Position numbers and translations under genes: made by a program
Virus record (IMG/VR): IMGVR_UViG_3300006217_000002
Direction: 5' to 3' (one strand)
Source of the DNA: a virus
Lineage: Duplodnaviria > Heunggongvirae > Uroviricota > Caudoviricetes
Length of the DNA stretch: 64,000 nucleotides
Notes under the pieces: model-generated
Told to the model about the DNA's origin: nothing
Databases searched by the model: none
The model's input: only the letters and a program-made list of their open reading frames with translations
Shown here: positions 10,668-20,428 of the stretch, in pieces
Position numbering within the stretch: position 1 is the first letter of the stretch
Layout: each line of letters begins with the position of its first letter

Positions 10668-10904
10668 TTACTTCCTCCTTATTTTAGATTGAATATATTG
10701 TGGGTTCTGATGGCGATATAATATTCTCATACATTGAATATACATGTCGTCATCGATATATCTCAAATCATGTAAATCTACATGAATTTGACTCTTAGAC
10801 ATTAAGAACTCTTTAGCTATATCCCTTATACTGTCATTAGGATGATCCAATAGCCATTGACCGACTTCACGTTTACGTTTTCTTATTTTGTATGCGTCAT
10901 TCAT
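10668..10904 (-). CDS. spoIIID: SpoIIID-like sporulation transcription regulator (HTH)
   Basis: SIRDIAKEFLMSKSQIHVDLHDLRYID...ILYRH matches the SpoIIID pattern TVRxIAKEFGVSKSTVHKDLTERLxxIN...ILxxH. Confidence 0.8.
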   Translation of the reverse strand: MNDAYKIRKRKREVGQWLLDHPNDSIRDIAKEFLMSKSQIHVDLHDLRYIDDDMYIQCMRILYRHQNPQYIQSKIRRK

Positions 10905-10906
10905 AG

Positions 10907-11599
10907 CTATTCCTCCTGTATAGTTACACCTAATACAGATTCAATTATCCTTTTAATATGGCTAAAAAGTACGTCAGGATCGAGAGTTCCATCAACTATC
11001 TTAATATTCTCTCCTCCATTGTTAATAAGATAATCAATTCCGTATCTGTAAGATTCACGAATCTTACAGAGCTTCTCTGTATTTTCATATACAGTTACAG
11101 CAGAATCTTCTCTAGCAGCATGAATTCTATCCAATGCAACCTTAGGAGGAGTATCAATATATATAGTGACATCCGGTCGTAAGAGATCCATATTGATCTT
11201 ATTACGATAAACGATATCAAGTAGTGCCGGCTGATATTTGTCGGTCCTAATATACTGATATGTATCATATGCAAGCGAAGATAGATAATATCTATCGCTT
11301 AAAACATGAATTCCTTCATTCAAAATATTCAACATGCCATCTTCTTCATTGGTTATGTGATCCAATCTATCAGCAGCATATAGCATGTTTATTACTCTTT
11401 CATCACATTTCCGCTTTCCAGAAAGATAAAGATTTCTTAATAACTTTCCAATAGGGTTGTCTGTACATTCTCTTGTTACATGAACATGGAAGTCATTATG
11501 AGTTAACAACTTCTCAATCTTTTTAACTTGAGTAGTTTTCCCACTCCCATCAATTCCTTCAATAACTATAAATTTACCACGCTCCATTTTTAATACCAT
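10907..11599 (-). CDS. tmk: Thymidylate (dTMP) kinase
   Basis: P-loop FIVIEGIDGSGKTTQ; LYAADR; SDRYYLSSLAY; PDVTIYID. Confidence 0.93.
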   Translation of the reverse strand: MVLKMERGKFIVIEGIDGSGKTTQVKKIEKLLTHNDFHVHVTRECTDNPIGKLLRNLYLSGKRKCDERVINMLYAADRLDHITNEEDGMLNILNEGIHVLSDRYYLSSLAYDTYQYIRTDKYQPALLDIVYRNKINMDLLRPDVTIYIDTPPKVALDRIHAAREDSAVTVYENTEKLCKIRESYRYGIDYLINNGGENIKIVDGTLDPDVLFSHIKRIIESVLGVTIQEE

Positions 11600-11694
11600 C
11601 CTTTCTTGTTTAAATATTTTTAGATACAGAGTTTTATCTACTCTATATAATTAATACTAACTTTATAAATGAATATTTTCAACGATACTCAGAA

Positions 11695-11704
11695 ATAATA
11701 TATA
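11695..11704 (-). promoter_or_regulatory. Putative early promoter motif TATATATTAT
   Basis: Recurrent motif, about 95 bp upstream of the tmk operon. Confidence 0.55.
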
Positions 11705-11728
11705 AATAACTAAGAGAGGTGAAATCAA

Positions 11729-14026
11729 ATGGCTGGTAGAACAGTACTTCCTAGTGGGGAAGAATTACAGGTAACACCTGAAGAAATACTGAGATATATA
11801 AACCCTGATGGCCTGAGACAATTGCTTCGACAAGAAAGATTGAGATGGAATCTTAAAACTAATAAGGATGTTGATTATTACGATAATACTCGTTTAAGCA
11901 AACATTCTGGAGAAGCTCATAATGAAGGATTGTATCAGAGATTAGAAATAAGGACGTTTCCTGATAACGGAGCAAATGCTGGATATACCGGTATTAATAA
12001 TGATAGCGGATTATTCGGTCTTCCTCATAATGTCGAATTATGGGATAAATCTATATCAGAAGAATCACTGAAAGAAATAGTAAATAGAACTACAATAGGT
12101 TCTCTTGCTAAAATTCCTGGTAAAAGTGGTTATGGTCTTGATGATAATGGCAAGATGACTACTGATACAGATAATAGAATTGCTTTAATCTTATTCGATC
12201 CTGAAGATGGAAGAGCTTATTTATTATCGAATGATGATCCGAATTATGTAAATAATGAAACTAGATCAGTAGATCAAAGGATTCCTGAACGTGCTGTAGC
12301 AAGAATTGGAGATATACCAACACGAATGGCACAGCTTGAAAATGATTTTGACATGGTAGCTGATCCTGACTATGTTCATACCGATAACAACTTCACAAAC
12401 TCAAACCGTTTTATTCTTGATAATATTGATGATAGAACGTTTGTTTATCCCGAGATTGCTCGTGATAAAAATGGTGGAGATTTTATCGAGAATTATCGTG
12501 TTGGATTAAATGGCGAACCAGACTATGACGAATGTGATGGTTTGCTTACACCTAATTCACAACCTGATTTAGGTGTCAATCCTGATCTTGGTAAGTATGG
12601 AGATAGATTTGGAGAAGCAATATCTTCATATAATAAAAACATTAATTTCTCTGGAGTAAATCATCGAAAAGGTTATCTTCCTGGAATATTCAGATCATTA
12701 GAAGAATTGGAGCGAGTGGATTTGATTGATCAAACTATGACTCCAAGAACTCATCAAGATACACCTGGAGCTAAGAGACCTAATAATTATTACATCTTTG
12801 ATGGGAAATGGTCTCCTAATTGGTTTGATAGAATTATGTATAATGATTCTTATCTTGCTCAATCTCTTAACCCAAGCAATATGGAATTAAACGTGCCTGA
12901 TGTTGAGCCGACCCCTTTTGGAAAATTAGATCAAAGCGAAGATAAGTTTAACATGGGAAAATTATATCAGTGGAGATACAATAGAGTTACGCTTAAATAT
13001 CTATCTGAAGATATCACATGTAGTATTGTAGAATCAGGTGAGCAATATAGAGTTGGAGATATTTTAAGATGGAGCTTCGCTGATGATAGTTTTGTGTTTG
13101 AAGTTACGATGGTGGGAGCTAATGGGCAAATTCAAAGAGGTGAATTTAAACCTGAAGCAAATAGAGTATATGAGCAGGATCCATCTACACATGGTGTTGG
13201 GGTTCCATTTGCTAATACAAGCGGAGTAGGTCATGGAGCTAAGATTGCTATCAACTCAAAGGTTACAATTGAAACTCATGCATCTCAGATAAAAAATAAT
13301 TTGTATGCATATGTGGATATAACACCTACAGTTAGATCTGATAATTCACTTCCGTGGAGTGATACTAAATCGTCAGATGATCAAGATGGTAAAGTGGTTG
13401 TAAGATCTACAGCTGCTGGTCCTGCTTATTCTGGAATTAATTCTGGTAGAGGAGGTCCTGCTCCGGATGAATTAACTTCTGATACTGTATTCTATGAGCA
13501 TGGAGGAAATGCAACAGCTGGTGTTCACGTACATTTATTTAGATACGTAATTGATACTGAAAATCCGACATGGGTTATTAGAAATGGAATTCAGATATTT
13601 ACTGGTAGATGGGTTGATCAAGGTCCTATGGGTATTGAAAGACCTTGTGATATTAAAGCATTATTATTCTCTAATCCTGATACGAATAACTTCAATAACT
13701 ATTATAAGTTCTTAATGGATACTATGTTTGATACAATGAATCGTAATCCTGATACAGTTATTACTAATGATAAGAATTCTATTACGAATGCATATATTCA
13801 TTATGATCAAGAGGATCCTGAACCTGATCAGAAATTCTATCAATGGAAGATTAATCCTGAGACATCACAAGTTAGCAAAGTAGATATAACTGAAAAAGTT
13901 CTATATATTAACCTTGCTACTGGAATTACTTTTGTATATAATCAGTCATTCAAGAATGATCCGAAATATGGTTATGGTATGAGAGCTCCTGGATGGGTTG
14001 CTATTGCAGGCGCAGTTTCAAAATAA
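11729..14026 (+). CDS. Hypothetical protein, probable virion (tail/baseplate-associated) protein
   Basis: 765 aa; YVHTDNNFT and GEQYRVGDIL motifs seen in fibre and structural proteins; Gly/Asn/Asp-rich. Confidence 0.5.
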   Translation: MAGRTVLPSGEELQVTPEEILRYINPDGLRQLLRQERLRWNLKTNKDVDYYDNTRLSKHSGEAHNEGLYQRLEIRTFPDNGANAGYTGINNDSGLFGLPHNVELWDKSISEESLKEIVNRTTIGSLAKIPGKSGYGLDDNGKMTTDTDNRIALILFDPEDGRAYLLSNDDPNYVNNETRSVDQRIPERAVARIGDIPTRMAQLENDFDMVADPDYVHTDNNFTNSNRFILDNIDDRTFVYPEIARDKNGGDFIENYRVGLNGEPDYDECDGLLTPNSQPDLGVNPDLGKYGDRFGEAISSYNKNINFSGVNHRKGYLPGIFRSLEELERVDLIDQTMTPRTHQDTPGAKRPNNYYIFDGKWSPNWFDRIMYNDSYLAQSLNPSNMELNVPDVEPTPFGKLDQSEDKFNMGKLYQWRYNRVTLKYLSEDITCSIVESGEQYRVGDILRWSFADDSFVFEVTMVGANGQIQRGEFKPEANRVYEQDPSTHGVGVPFANTSGVGHGAKIAINSKVTIETHASQIKNNLYAYVDITPTVRSDNSLPWSDTKSSDDQDGKVVVRSTAAGPAYSGINSGRGGPAPDELTSDTVFYEHGGNATAGVHVHLFRYVIDTENPTWVIRNGIQIFTGRWVDQGPMGIERPCDIKALLFSNPDTNNFNNYYKFLMDTMFDTMNRNPDTVITNDKNSITNAYIHYDQEDPEPDQKFYQWKINPETSQVSKVDITEKVLYINLATGITFVYNQSFKNDPKYGYGMRAPGWVAIAGAVSK

Positions 14027-14028
14027 AA

Positions 14029-14061
14029 AATAATGGGGAGCTGTTAGAGCTCCCCATTATT
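14029..14061. terminator. Bidirectional terminator
   Basis: aataatggggagct/agctccccattatt between convergent genes. Confidence 0.8.
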
Positions 14062-14081
14062 ATAATTTCTTTTTTCTCTTC

Positions 14082-14366
14082 TTAAGATTCTTCAATTACT
14101 GAATCTAAAATATCGATATCTTCAATTTGACATATATGTTCATTGAAATATTTCTTTAACTCCGTATTTCCTTCATCCATATATTCATATGGAGCCATGA
14201 ATTTAAATGTCTGATTGATGTTTTCTGTTAGCGGAATAAGTACTTCAACTTCAACATATCGTTGGTTATCACCAACAACACTTTCTGTGAAATACTGAGA
14301 AATCTTATTTCTATATTTAGCTGCCTTATTTTCAGCAACTCGCCATTCTATTTCACTTGCTCCCAT
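14082..14366 (-). CDS. Hypothetical protein
   Basis: 94 aa, SD GGAGG. Confidence 0.65.
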   Translation of the reverse strand: MGASEIEWRVAENKAAKYRNKISQYFTESVVGDNQRYVEVEVLIPLTENINQTFKFMAPYEYMDEGNTELKKYFNEHICQIEDIDILDSVIEES

Positions 14367-14368
14367 TT

Positions 14369-14854
14369 TTATACCTCCAGATTTATCATTTTTGATTTGA
14401 TTGCATAAAATCTTCTATTAAAACATGAATGAATTTTTATTGTATATTTATCTTTTTTAAACTTTAATGCATTGATATCAACCAAATGTTTTATAACTGT
14501 ATTTCTACTATATCCTTCTATTTCTTTTGATAAAATTCTATCTAGAGCTTTACCTCTTATACACAAGCATTCATTGTATATTACGCAATCATGTTTACTG
14601 TCATCAAATAATTGCAAGGATGGAGCAATTTTAAAATCTCCTAGTTTATATAAGAGAGTTATTAATCCGAGATAATTATTATTAATACAAATAATCATTA
14701 TTTTTGAATGTGCTGACATATGCATTGTTAATACATTCATACCTAAAATCATTCCAGATTTGAAATTAGTTGCGTTTTCAAAAGATGATGATTTAATTAA
14801 TTTATCCAATTGATCTTTATCTTTTACACATATTACATTTTTAATAATAATCAA
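14369..14854 (-). CDS. Hypothetical protein (very AT-rich)
   Basis: 161-aa ORF; TTG start overlaps the stop of the upstream mini-ORF. Confidence 0.55.
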   Translation of the reverse strand: MIIIKNVICVKDKDQLDKLIKSSSFENATNFKSGMILGMNVLTMHMSAHSKIMIICINNNYLGLITLLYKLGDFKIAPSLQLFDDSKHDCVIYNECLCIRGKALDRILSKEIEGYSRNTVIKHLVDINALKFKKDKYTIKIHSCFNRRFYAIKSKMINLEV

Positions 14855-14943
14855 TCCTCCTCATTTATATCAGTATTTTCTTCAAGAGCAATATCTGTAT
14901 CGTTGTAGTCTCTATCGCCTACAGAATATTCGTTCTCATCCAC
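14851..14943 (-). CDS. 30-aa highly acidic peptide (below the ORF-track cutoff)
   Basis: SD AAGGAGG, GTG start: MDENEYSVGDRDYNDTDIALEENTDINEED; early-type motif at 15010-15019 upstream. Confidence 0.55.
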   Translation of the reverse strand: MDENEYSVGDRDYNDTDIALEENTDINEED

Positions 14944-15046
14944 GCAAGTTCCTCCTTCCCATAGAGTTGTAGCAGAATGGGAAATATTATCCTCTATTCT
15001 CTTATAATGATAATATATGAATAAGTATTGTTAATATACTATATAG

Positions 15047-15232
15047 TCATGTATTACTTTTAGGAGAATAATTAGAATGAATGATTTTATTAATCTTTCT
15101 TTCTATTTTTGATATACGAACTGTTCTAACAATAACTGTGATTACGAGGATAAAAAATAATACGAGAAGAAGCAACTTTATACAATCACATATACACATG
15201 TTTCCGAATAGTTCACAAATATCTATCATCAT
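15047..15232 (-). CDS. Small membrane protein
   Basis: Hydrophobic LLLLVLFFILVITVIV followed by a basic tail; SD AAGGAG. Confidence 0.6.
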   Translation of the reverse strand: MMIDICELFGNMCICDCIKLLLLVLFFILVITVIVRTVRISKIERKINKIIHSNYSPKSNT

Positions 15233-15290
15233 AATCTCATCTCCTTTACTATATAATATTTTATCTTCTAGTCATAATATTAAACACATA

Positions 15291-15324
15291 TACAATAGGA
15301 TCCCATTAATGGGATCCTATTGTA
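15291..15324. terminator. Terminator hairpin after the 1086-aa gene
   Basis: tacaataggatcccat/atgggatcctattgta palindrome. Confidence 0.75.
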
Positions 15325-15331
15325 TCTATCA

Positions 15332-18300
15332 CTACTCGTCTTTCTTAGGTTCATCTTCTATTGGTCCGTTTAGTATATCACCTTTTTGGATCATCATCTG
15401 AATATAAGTATCAAAAGTATCACTTAATACTTCCTTAAGTTGAATCTCTCCATTTGAATCTTCAGCTCGATACACCTTTTTGTCTTTGATATTGAACACT
15501 CTAAGATCTTTTGGAGTAGCAGCAAATATGAGCATTTCGTCAAGATGTTTGTTATTAGCATTTAATTTTCGTAATTCCGCCACCTGGAAAAATGTTAAAT
15601 CTCCGGCTAGTACACATAACATAGGATTAGCAAGACGATAGAAATATCTCATCTCATGTGGAACGAATGGATACGAATCATGAAATGCATCCTTATCAAA
15701 TATACTACCGAATGTATTTCTAGAATTATATTCTTTGCTCCATTCGATAAATGCAATATATAACTTCTTACGTCTCACTCCATTTTTATCCGACTCTGCT
15801 CTATCTGCTTGTTTTGGTAATGATTCTTTTTTTGGCTCAGGGTTTTCTTCCTTTACTTCTTCTTCGTTAGGAGTTTCGTTACCAACTTCGTTATTCTGAT
15901 CACTATTACCTGAAGTATCTGTCCCTGCATCTTTTTCATCCTCACTTTCTTTATTAGTAATTTTATCATCGCTTTCCGATTGTTCATCTACAACGTTGTT
16001 ATCCAATTCAGGAGGTGAGTCTATCTCTTCATCGAGAACATTTTTTTCTTCCACAGTATCAAGTTCAGGAGGATCTTCAATATCAGCTTCTGTGAAAACT
16101 TTTCCTTGAGGTATCACTCGTTCACAAAGAACTTCAGTTCTCCAGCTTTGATTTTCCATACTTGAATATGCACTTGACTCAAATGATTTCCTGAATTCTT
16201 CATCATTCATAAATTGCTGTATCCAGTCGAATCCTTCCTTAATAGCTTGACCTTTGTCAAATAGTCGATCATCTTCCAATCTCCACGATTCAACATATTC
16301 TCCTAAACTCATTCCACATCTGTAATTAGAATGAGTAGCAAATACAATTCCATCATACTTATGTGAATTGATATCATTGTCATCGTTATAGACTTCTAAT
16401 ACAGCGTCTTTAATTTCATTCACACTATTGTATGGTCCATGAATACCAGATTGATCCTCCCAAGCATTCTCAAACCACCAAAATTTGAATGGACCTTTTG
16501 CTGCATTTTCTTCATTAAATGGAGCTTTCCAGTCAGCAGATAATTTGGCTTCCTTAGCAGCAGTTCTGAACCACGTAAGAGTATGAGAGTTACCTCCTAT
16601 AGGATTATCTTTACTGAACTCAACGAAGAAAATTTGTCCATTTATGATTCCAAGTGAATGAAATATAAATGCTTCAAATAATGCCTGATCATGGCAATTA
16701 CCTTTCTTTTCTACGTATACTTCTGATGGAAGTTTCAATTTCCATCCAGTGATAGTTTTATCGTACGAAATATTCTTATGCATCCATTCGTAAATTTCTT
16801 CTGGTGTATGTCCAATCTCATTTAATGTACTTGAGTTAAGTACAATTGCTTCATTAGACATAACACTTTCATTGAATGATTCATTTGCTGATTGGTTAGT
16901 ACTAAGAAACATATCATATTGAGAAGATAAACCATTATCAACTTTAGATTGACTTTCCTGTGAAATTTCAAAACCATGACTTTTATAGGTCTTTAATGCT
17001 ATCTCATTATCCATCTGAACTGATAATGCATCTACTCCATGATCGATTGCATAATCAAGTAATTGATGACTAAGTCCATATCCATTATAAGCATAAGCGA
17101 CATCCATTCCAGAAATCCATTTATGACCATCATCTTTATTGGGAACTTTGTCATATGTTATAGAACAAACATAGTTTCCTTGATCATCAACCCAGAGTAA
17201 ACACTCATCATCATATTTAGGATCATCATCTCTCATATATGAAATAAGTTTACCTTGATCAGCAAATTTCTTCGTGAGTTCCTTTGTTATTTTCATCATT
17301 GTGAAATCTGAAAGAGACTTAGTTCCTTTTGGTTTGAAATTTTCATCAACATTACTCTTCAGAACCTTGAAGTAGTCACTTTCATCAAACAGATTTATCC
17401 TCATACTCTCAAATATGTGTTGCTGAATAAAATGGAAATTTTCTGCAATTCTTTCATTGTAAACATTGTCGCGTTTCATAGTGTTGATTTCTTTTACAGT
17501 ATCACGATGAAACTGTTCAGCTTTAAAACCAATCTTTTTAGCTGCTTCAATATTTTCCTCTCTATCATCAAAGAAGATACATGTATGAGGATTTAACTTA
17601 AATCTATCAATAAGAAGTTGATAAATTTTAGGATCAGGTTTTTGACATCCAACATCATATGAAACTAATCCCCCATCAAATTGATCAAGATATTTAAATT
17701 TTCCTTTCTGCTTCATAAGTTCGAATCCACTTTTATGCCAATTGGAAAGATAATATAATTTGTATCCTTTATTTTTCAGCTCCTTGATCATGGAATCAGT
17801 ATAATCATATGCATCTCCAGATAATGCTAATATTTCAAAAATATCATCTGAATATTGTTTAATATCATCCGTAAGAAAAGATTGATATAATTTCTTAGCA
17901 TTGAAAATTGATGCAGTTTCATAATCCTCCAATTTGTCATAATAAGATTTTACAAAACAATCAAGCTGAGTCTCATTAAATTTATTATGATATTTCTTCT
18001 TGATTAATTCTTTTCCGCCTTTCGGTTCACTTAAAACAGAGCCTATATCGAATATAACTGTATCAACTCCATCGAAATCAAATCTTTCTGTGAACTTCTT
18101 TGTTTTAGTATCTTGGAAATAAAGTTCACCATGATGCCATACTGGCTCAATACTCAATTCTCTGAAATGTTTATTAAGATGAGCAACTATTTGTTTATTT
18201 TCTGGAGTATGATTTACAAGAACTCCCTGATTTCTAGCACATATGTATGCTGATCTTAATCCAGGTATAGATACGACTAACTGACCATTCTTGATAACGT

Positions 18301-18592
18301 GATGCGGATACTTACATCCAGATCTGCTAAATGGAGTACGACCATATGGACTATTTTTAATATCTTTTACAGGAGCTACTGCATATGCTTCTTTAAGAAA
18401 ACCAGGCCAATCACAGTAATCGCCAGATTTAATAGCAGCTTCTAAATCCTTAGGATTTGTAGGAATATCTCCTTTACAATACATTGCATCAAGAAGTTGA
18501 TCATATAGTTTAGCTCCAGGGTCTTTCCATTTACCTTTAATTATAGCTGCTTTTCTGCTATTATTAATTTTCAACACAATTAATTTTCCCAT
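15332..18592 (-). CDS. Multidomain protein: N-terminal domain + HAD phosphatase + GNAT acetyltransferase + transglutaminase-like domain + acidic linker + C-terminal domain
   Basis: HAD motifs FDIGSVL / LSNW / KPDPKIY / FFDDREEN; GNAT YNGYGLSHQLL...NEIALKTYKSHGF; TGase-like KKGNCHDQA...SHT...WFE. Confidence 0.8.
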   Translation of the reverse strand: MGKLIVLKINNSRKAAIIKGKWKDPGAKLYDQLLDAMYCKGDIPTNPKDLEAAIKSGDYCDWPGFLKEAYAVAPVKDIKNSPYGRTPFSRSGCKYPHHVIKNGQLVVSIPGLRSAYICARNQGVLVNHTPENKQIVAHLNKHFRELSIEPVWHHGELYFQDTKTKKFTERFDFDGVDTVIFDIGSVLSEPKGGKELIKKKYHNKFNETQLDCFVKSYYDKLEDYETASIFNAKKLYQSFLTDDIKQYSDDIFEILALSGDAYDYTDSMIKELKNKGYKLYYLSNWHKSGFELMKQKGKFKYLDQFDGGLVSYDVGCQKPDPKIYQLLIDRFKLNPHTCIFFDDREENIEAAKKIGFKAEQFHRDTVKEINTMKRDNVYNERIAENFHFIQQHIFESMRINLFDESDYFKVLKSNVDENFKPKGTKSLSDFTMMKITKELTKKFADQGKLISYMRDDDPKYDDECLLWVDDQGNYVCSITYDKVPNKDDGHKWISGMDVAYAYNGYGLSHQLLDYAIDHGVDALSVQMDNEIALKTYKSHGFEISQESQSKVDNGLSSQYDMFLSTNQSANESFNESVMSNEAIVLNSSTLNEIGHTPEEIYEWMHKNISYDKTITGWKLKLPSEVYVEKKGNCHDQALFEAFIFHSLGIINGQIFFVEFSKDNPIGGNSHTLTWFRTAAKEAKLSADWKAPFNEENAAKGPFKFWWFENAWEDQSGIHGPYNSVNEIKDAVLEVYNDDNDINSHKYDGIVFATHSNYRCGMSLGEYVESWRLEDDRLFDKGQAIKEGFDWIQQFMNDEEFRKSFESSAYSSMENQSWRTEVLCERVIPQGKVFTEADIEDPPELDTVEEKNVLDEEIDSPPELDNNVVDEQSESDDKITNKESEDEKDAGTDTSGNSDQNNEVGNETPNEEEVKEENPEPKKESLPKQADRAESDKNGVRRKKLYIAFIEWSKEYNSRNTFGSIFDKDAFHDSYPFVPHEMRYFYRLANPMLCVLAGDLTFFQVAELRKLNANNKHLDEMLIFAATPKDLRVFNIKDKKVYRAEDSNGEIQLKEVLSDTFDTYIQMMIQKGDILNGPIEDEPKKDE

Positions 18593-18808
18593 CTTACAAT
18601 CTCCTTTACTATAAAATTACAGGATGTTATTATCAGGTAACTTTTATTATTTCATTATAATAAAAATATATAATTTATGAATTCTGCAATACCATATATT
18701 AATCCTAGAAAGATTAATTAAAATGATTTAAATTGTCAAATTAATTAGTCTTTGAAATTGTGGGTTATATAAGTCATGATTACGTAACACCTCCCTAAAA
18801 TTGTTGAT

Positions 18809-18852
18809 ACAGAATGGCGGTTGGCCCTTAAATGGGCTGGCTGCTGTTTTGT
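18809..18852 (+). other. G-U-rich 19-bp RNA hairpin upstream of the helicase gene
   Basis: acagaatggcggttggccc / gggctggctgctgttttgt pairs fully only with 7 G-U wobbles on the + strand. Confidence 0.6.
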
Positions 18853-18919
18853 CTATTATTTGAACTTTTTGGCAAACGGGATTATAACAAGAAAGCATTC
18901 ATAATAGAGGTGATCAAAA

Positions 18920-20386
18920 ATGATTATAACAAAGGAAAGAACCAGACTAATCTTTACTGAATATACGCCATTAGAAAAAAAGAAAATAGAAGATCTAGTG
19001 GCTAGTCTTGATAATGTATTTTTATATCAAGATCCTGACGATAAAATGATAGGTCTTCCTACAGGAATGGAAAAAACTATAAAACAGCTTTTTCATAAAG
19101 CTAAATTTATAGACCATTCTAATAGCTATTGGGAATACGAAAGAATTACTCCAGTAGAACACAATGCTCAACCTAGAAACCAATTACAAATCGATTTCAT
19201 AAAGTTTGTATTAGATCACGCCAAGAAACGTGAGAAACTTGCAGGTATCTTATCCCCTGGAACGGGAAAAACATTTATGGCATGTTATTCAGCAATCAAA
19301 GTTGGTTTACGAACATTGATCATAGTTCCTACATCTGGAATCAAAAAACAATGGGGAGAAACACTAACTGGCATGTTTAACGTTGATCCGTCAAGAGTTA
19401 AACTTGTGAATTCGCCAAAAGATTTTATCAATGTAAAGGAAGATTTCGTTGTTGTATCACAAGCATCATTATCAGTACTAAATAAAACATATGATCTTGA
19501 AAAGATTATGCAAAATAATAAATTCGGTATTAAAGTAATCGATGAAGTACAGATGTGGTTTCATAATATTATCAAAGTAGATGCTAATTCTAATATAGCT
19601 CATAATTGGTATCTTACAGGAACATTTGGAAGATCAGGAGATACAGAGAATAAATTATATCAAGAAATGTTTGGAGATTTAGCTATATTTAGAGAGGAAC
19701 AAAAGAAGGCTACTATATTCAATAGAAAACCTGGTAATGTATACGGAATGAAACCTCATATGCATGTAAGTATGATGTGGACTAAATCAGGATTATCTCC
19801 TGAAGAAATCAAAGCAGTAACATCATCAATGAGGTATAGTGAACGTGAAGGAAAATGGATAAGATATGGAATAAGCATTCCTGCATATACAGAATTAGTT
19901 ATTCCTCCAGATGGTACAATGACTAGATTCCTAAAAAATGTTCTTAAAACTGTAGAAATAGCTCAGAATGAAGTTAAGTATGGAAAAATGCTTATTCTAT
20001 CTCCTACAATTGTATCAGTTAATATCATAGCAGGTTATGTAGAAAAAATGTATCCAAAACTTAAGATAGGAACTATTAATTCTCATAATAGCGCTGCTGA
20101 AAATGATAGAGTAAAAGCTGAATGTGATATATTAGTATCTACAGTAAAATCGTGTGGTACTGGATTTGATGTAAAAGATTTATCTAAACTTGTAGTAGCA
20201 GAACAGTTTAAATCTTGGATATTAGCAGATCAAGTATCAGGAAGATTGAGAAGAAGACCAGATGGGAAAGACACTTATATGTGGGATATTGTAGATTCCC
20301 AGATTCCTCAGTTAAGAGCATGGGCTAATGCACGAGCAGACGTACTTAAAAGAAAAGCTAAATCATTTAAAGTAATAGACATGTAA
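18920..20386 (+). CDS. SF2 DExD/H-like helicase (UvsW/Res-III-like)
   Basis: Walker A SPGTGKT, LIIVPT, Walker B IDEVQ, LTGT, GTGFD, QVSGRLRR. Confidence 0.88.
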   Translation: MIITKERTRLIFTEYTPLEKKKIEDLVASLDNVFLYQDPDDKMIGLPTGMEKTIKQLFHKAKFIDHSNSYWEYERITPVEHNAQPRNQLQIDFIKFVLDHAKKREKLAGILSPGTGKTFMACYSAIKVGLRTLIIVPTSGIKKQWGETLTGMFNVDPSRVKLVNSPKDFINVKEDFVVVSQASLSVLNKTYDLEKIMQNNKFGIKVIDEVQMWFHNIIKVDANSNIAHNWYLTGTFGRSGDTENKLYQEMFGDLAIFREEQKKATIFNRKPGNVYGMKPHMHVSMMWTKSGLSPEEIKAVTSSMRYSEREGKWIRYGISIPAYTELVIPPDGTMTRFLKNVLKTVEIAQNEVKYGKMLILSPTIVSVNIIAGYVEKMYPKLKIGTINSHNSAAENDRVKAECDILVSTVKSCGTGFDVKDLSKLVVAEQFKSWILADQVSGRLRRRPDGKDTYMWDIVDSQIPQLRAWANARADVLKRKAKSFKVIDM

Positions 20387-20420
20387 TAAAGTATGGGGTG
20401 AATATCACCCCATACTTTAT
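20386..20420. terminator. Bidirectional terminator
   Basis: ataaagtatggggtga/tcaccccatactttat. Confidence 0.8.
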
Positions 20421-20428
20421 ATTGACAT

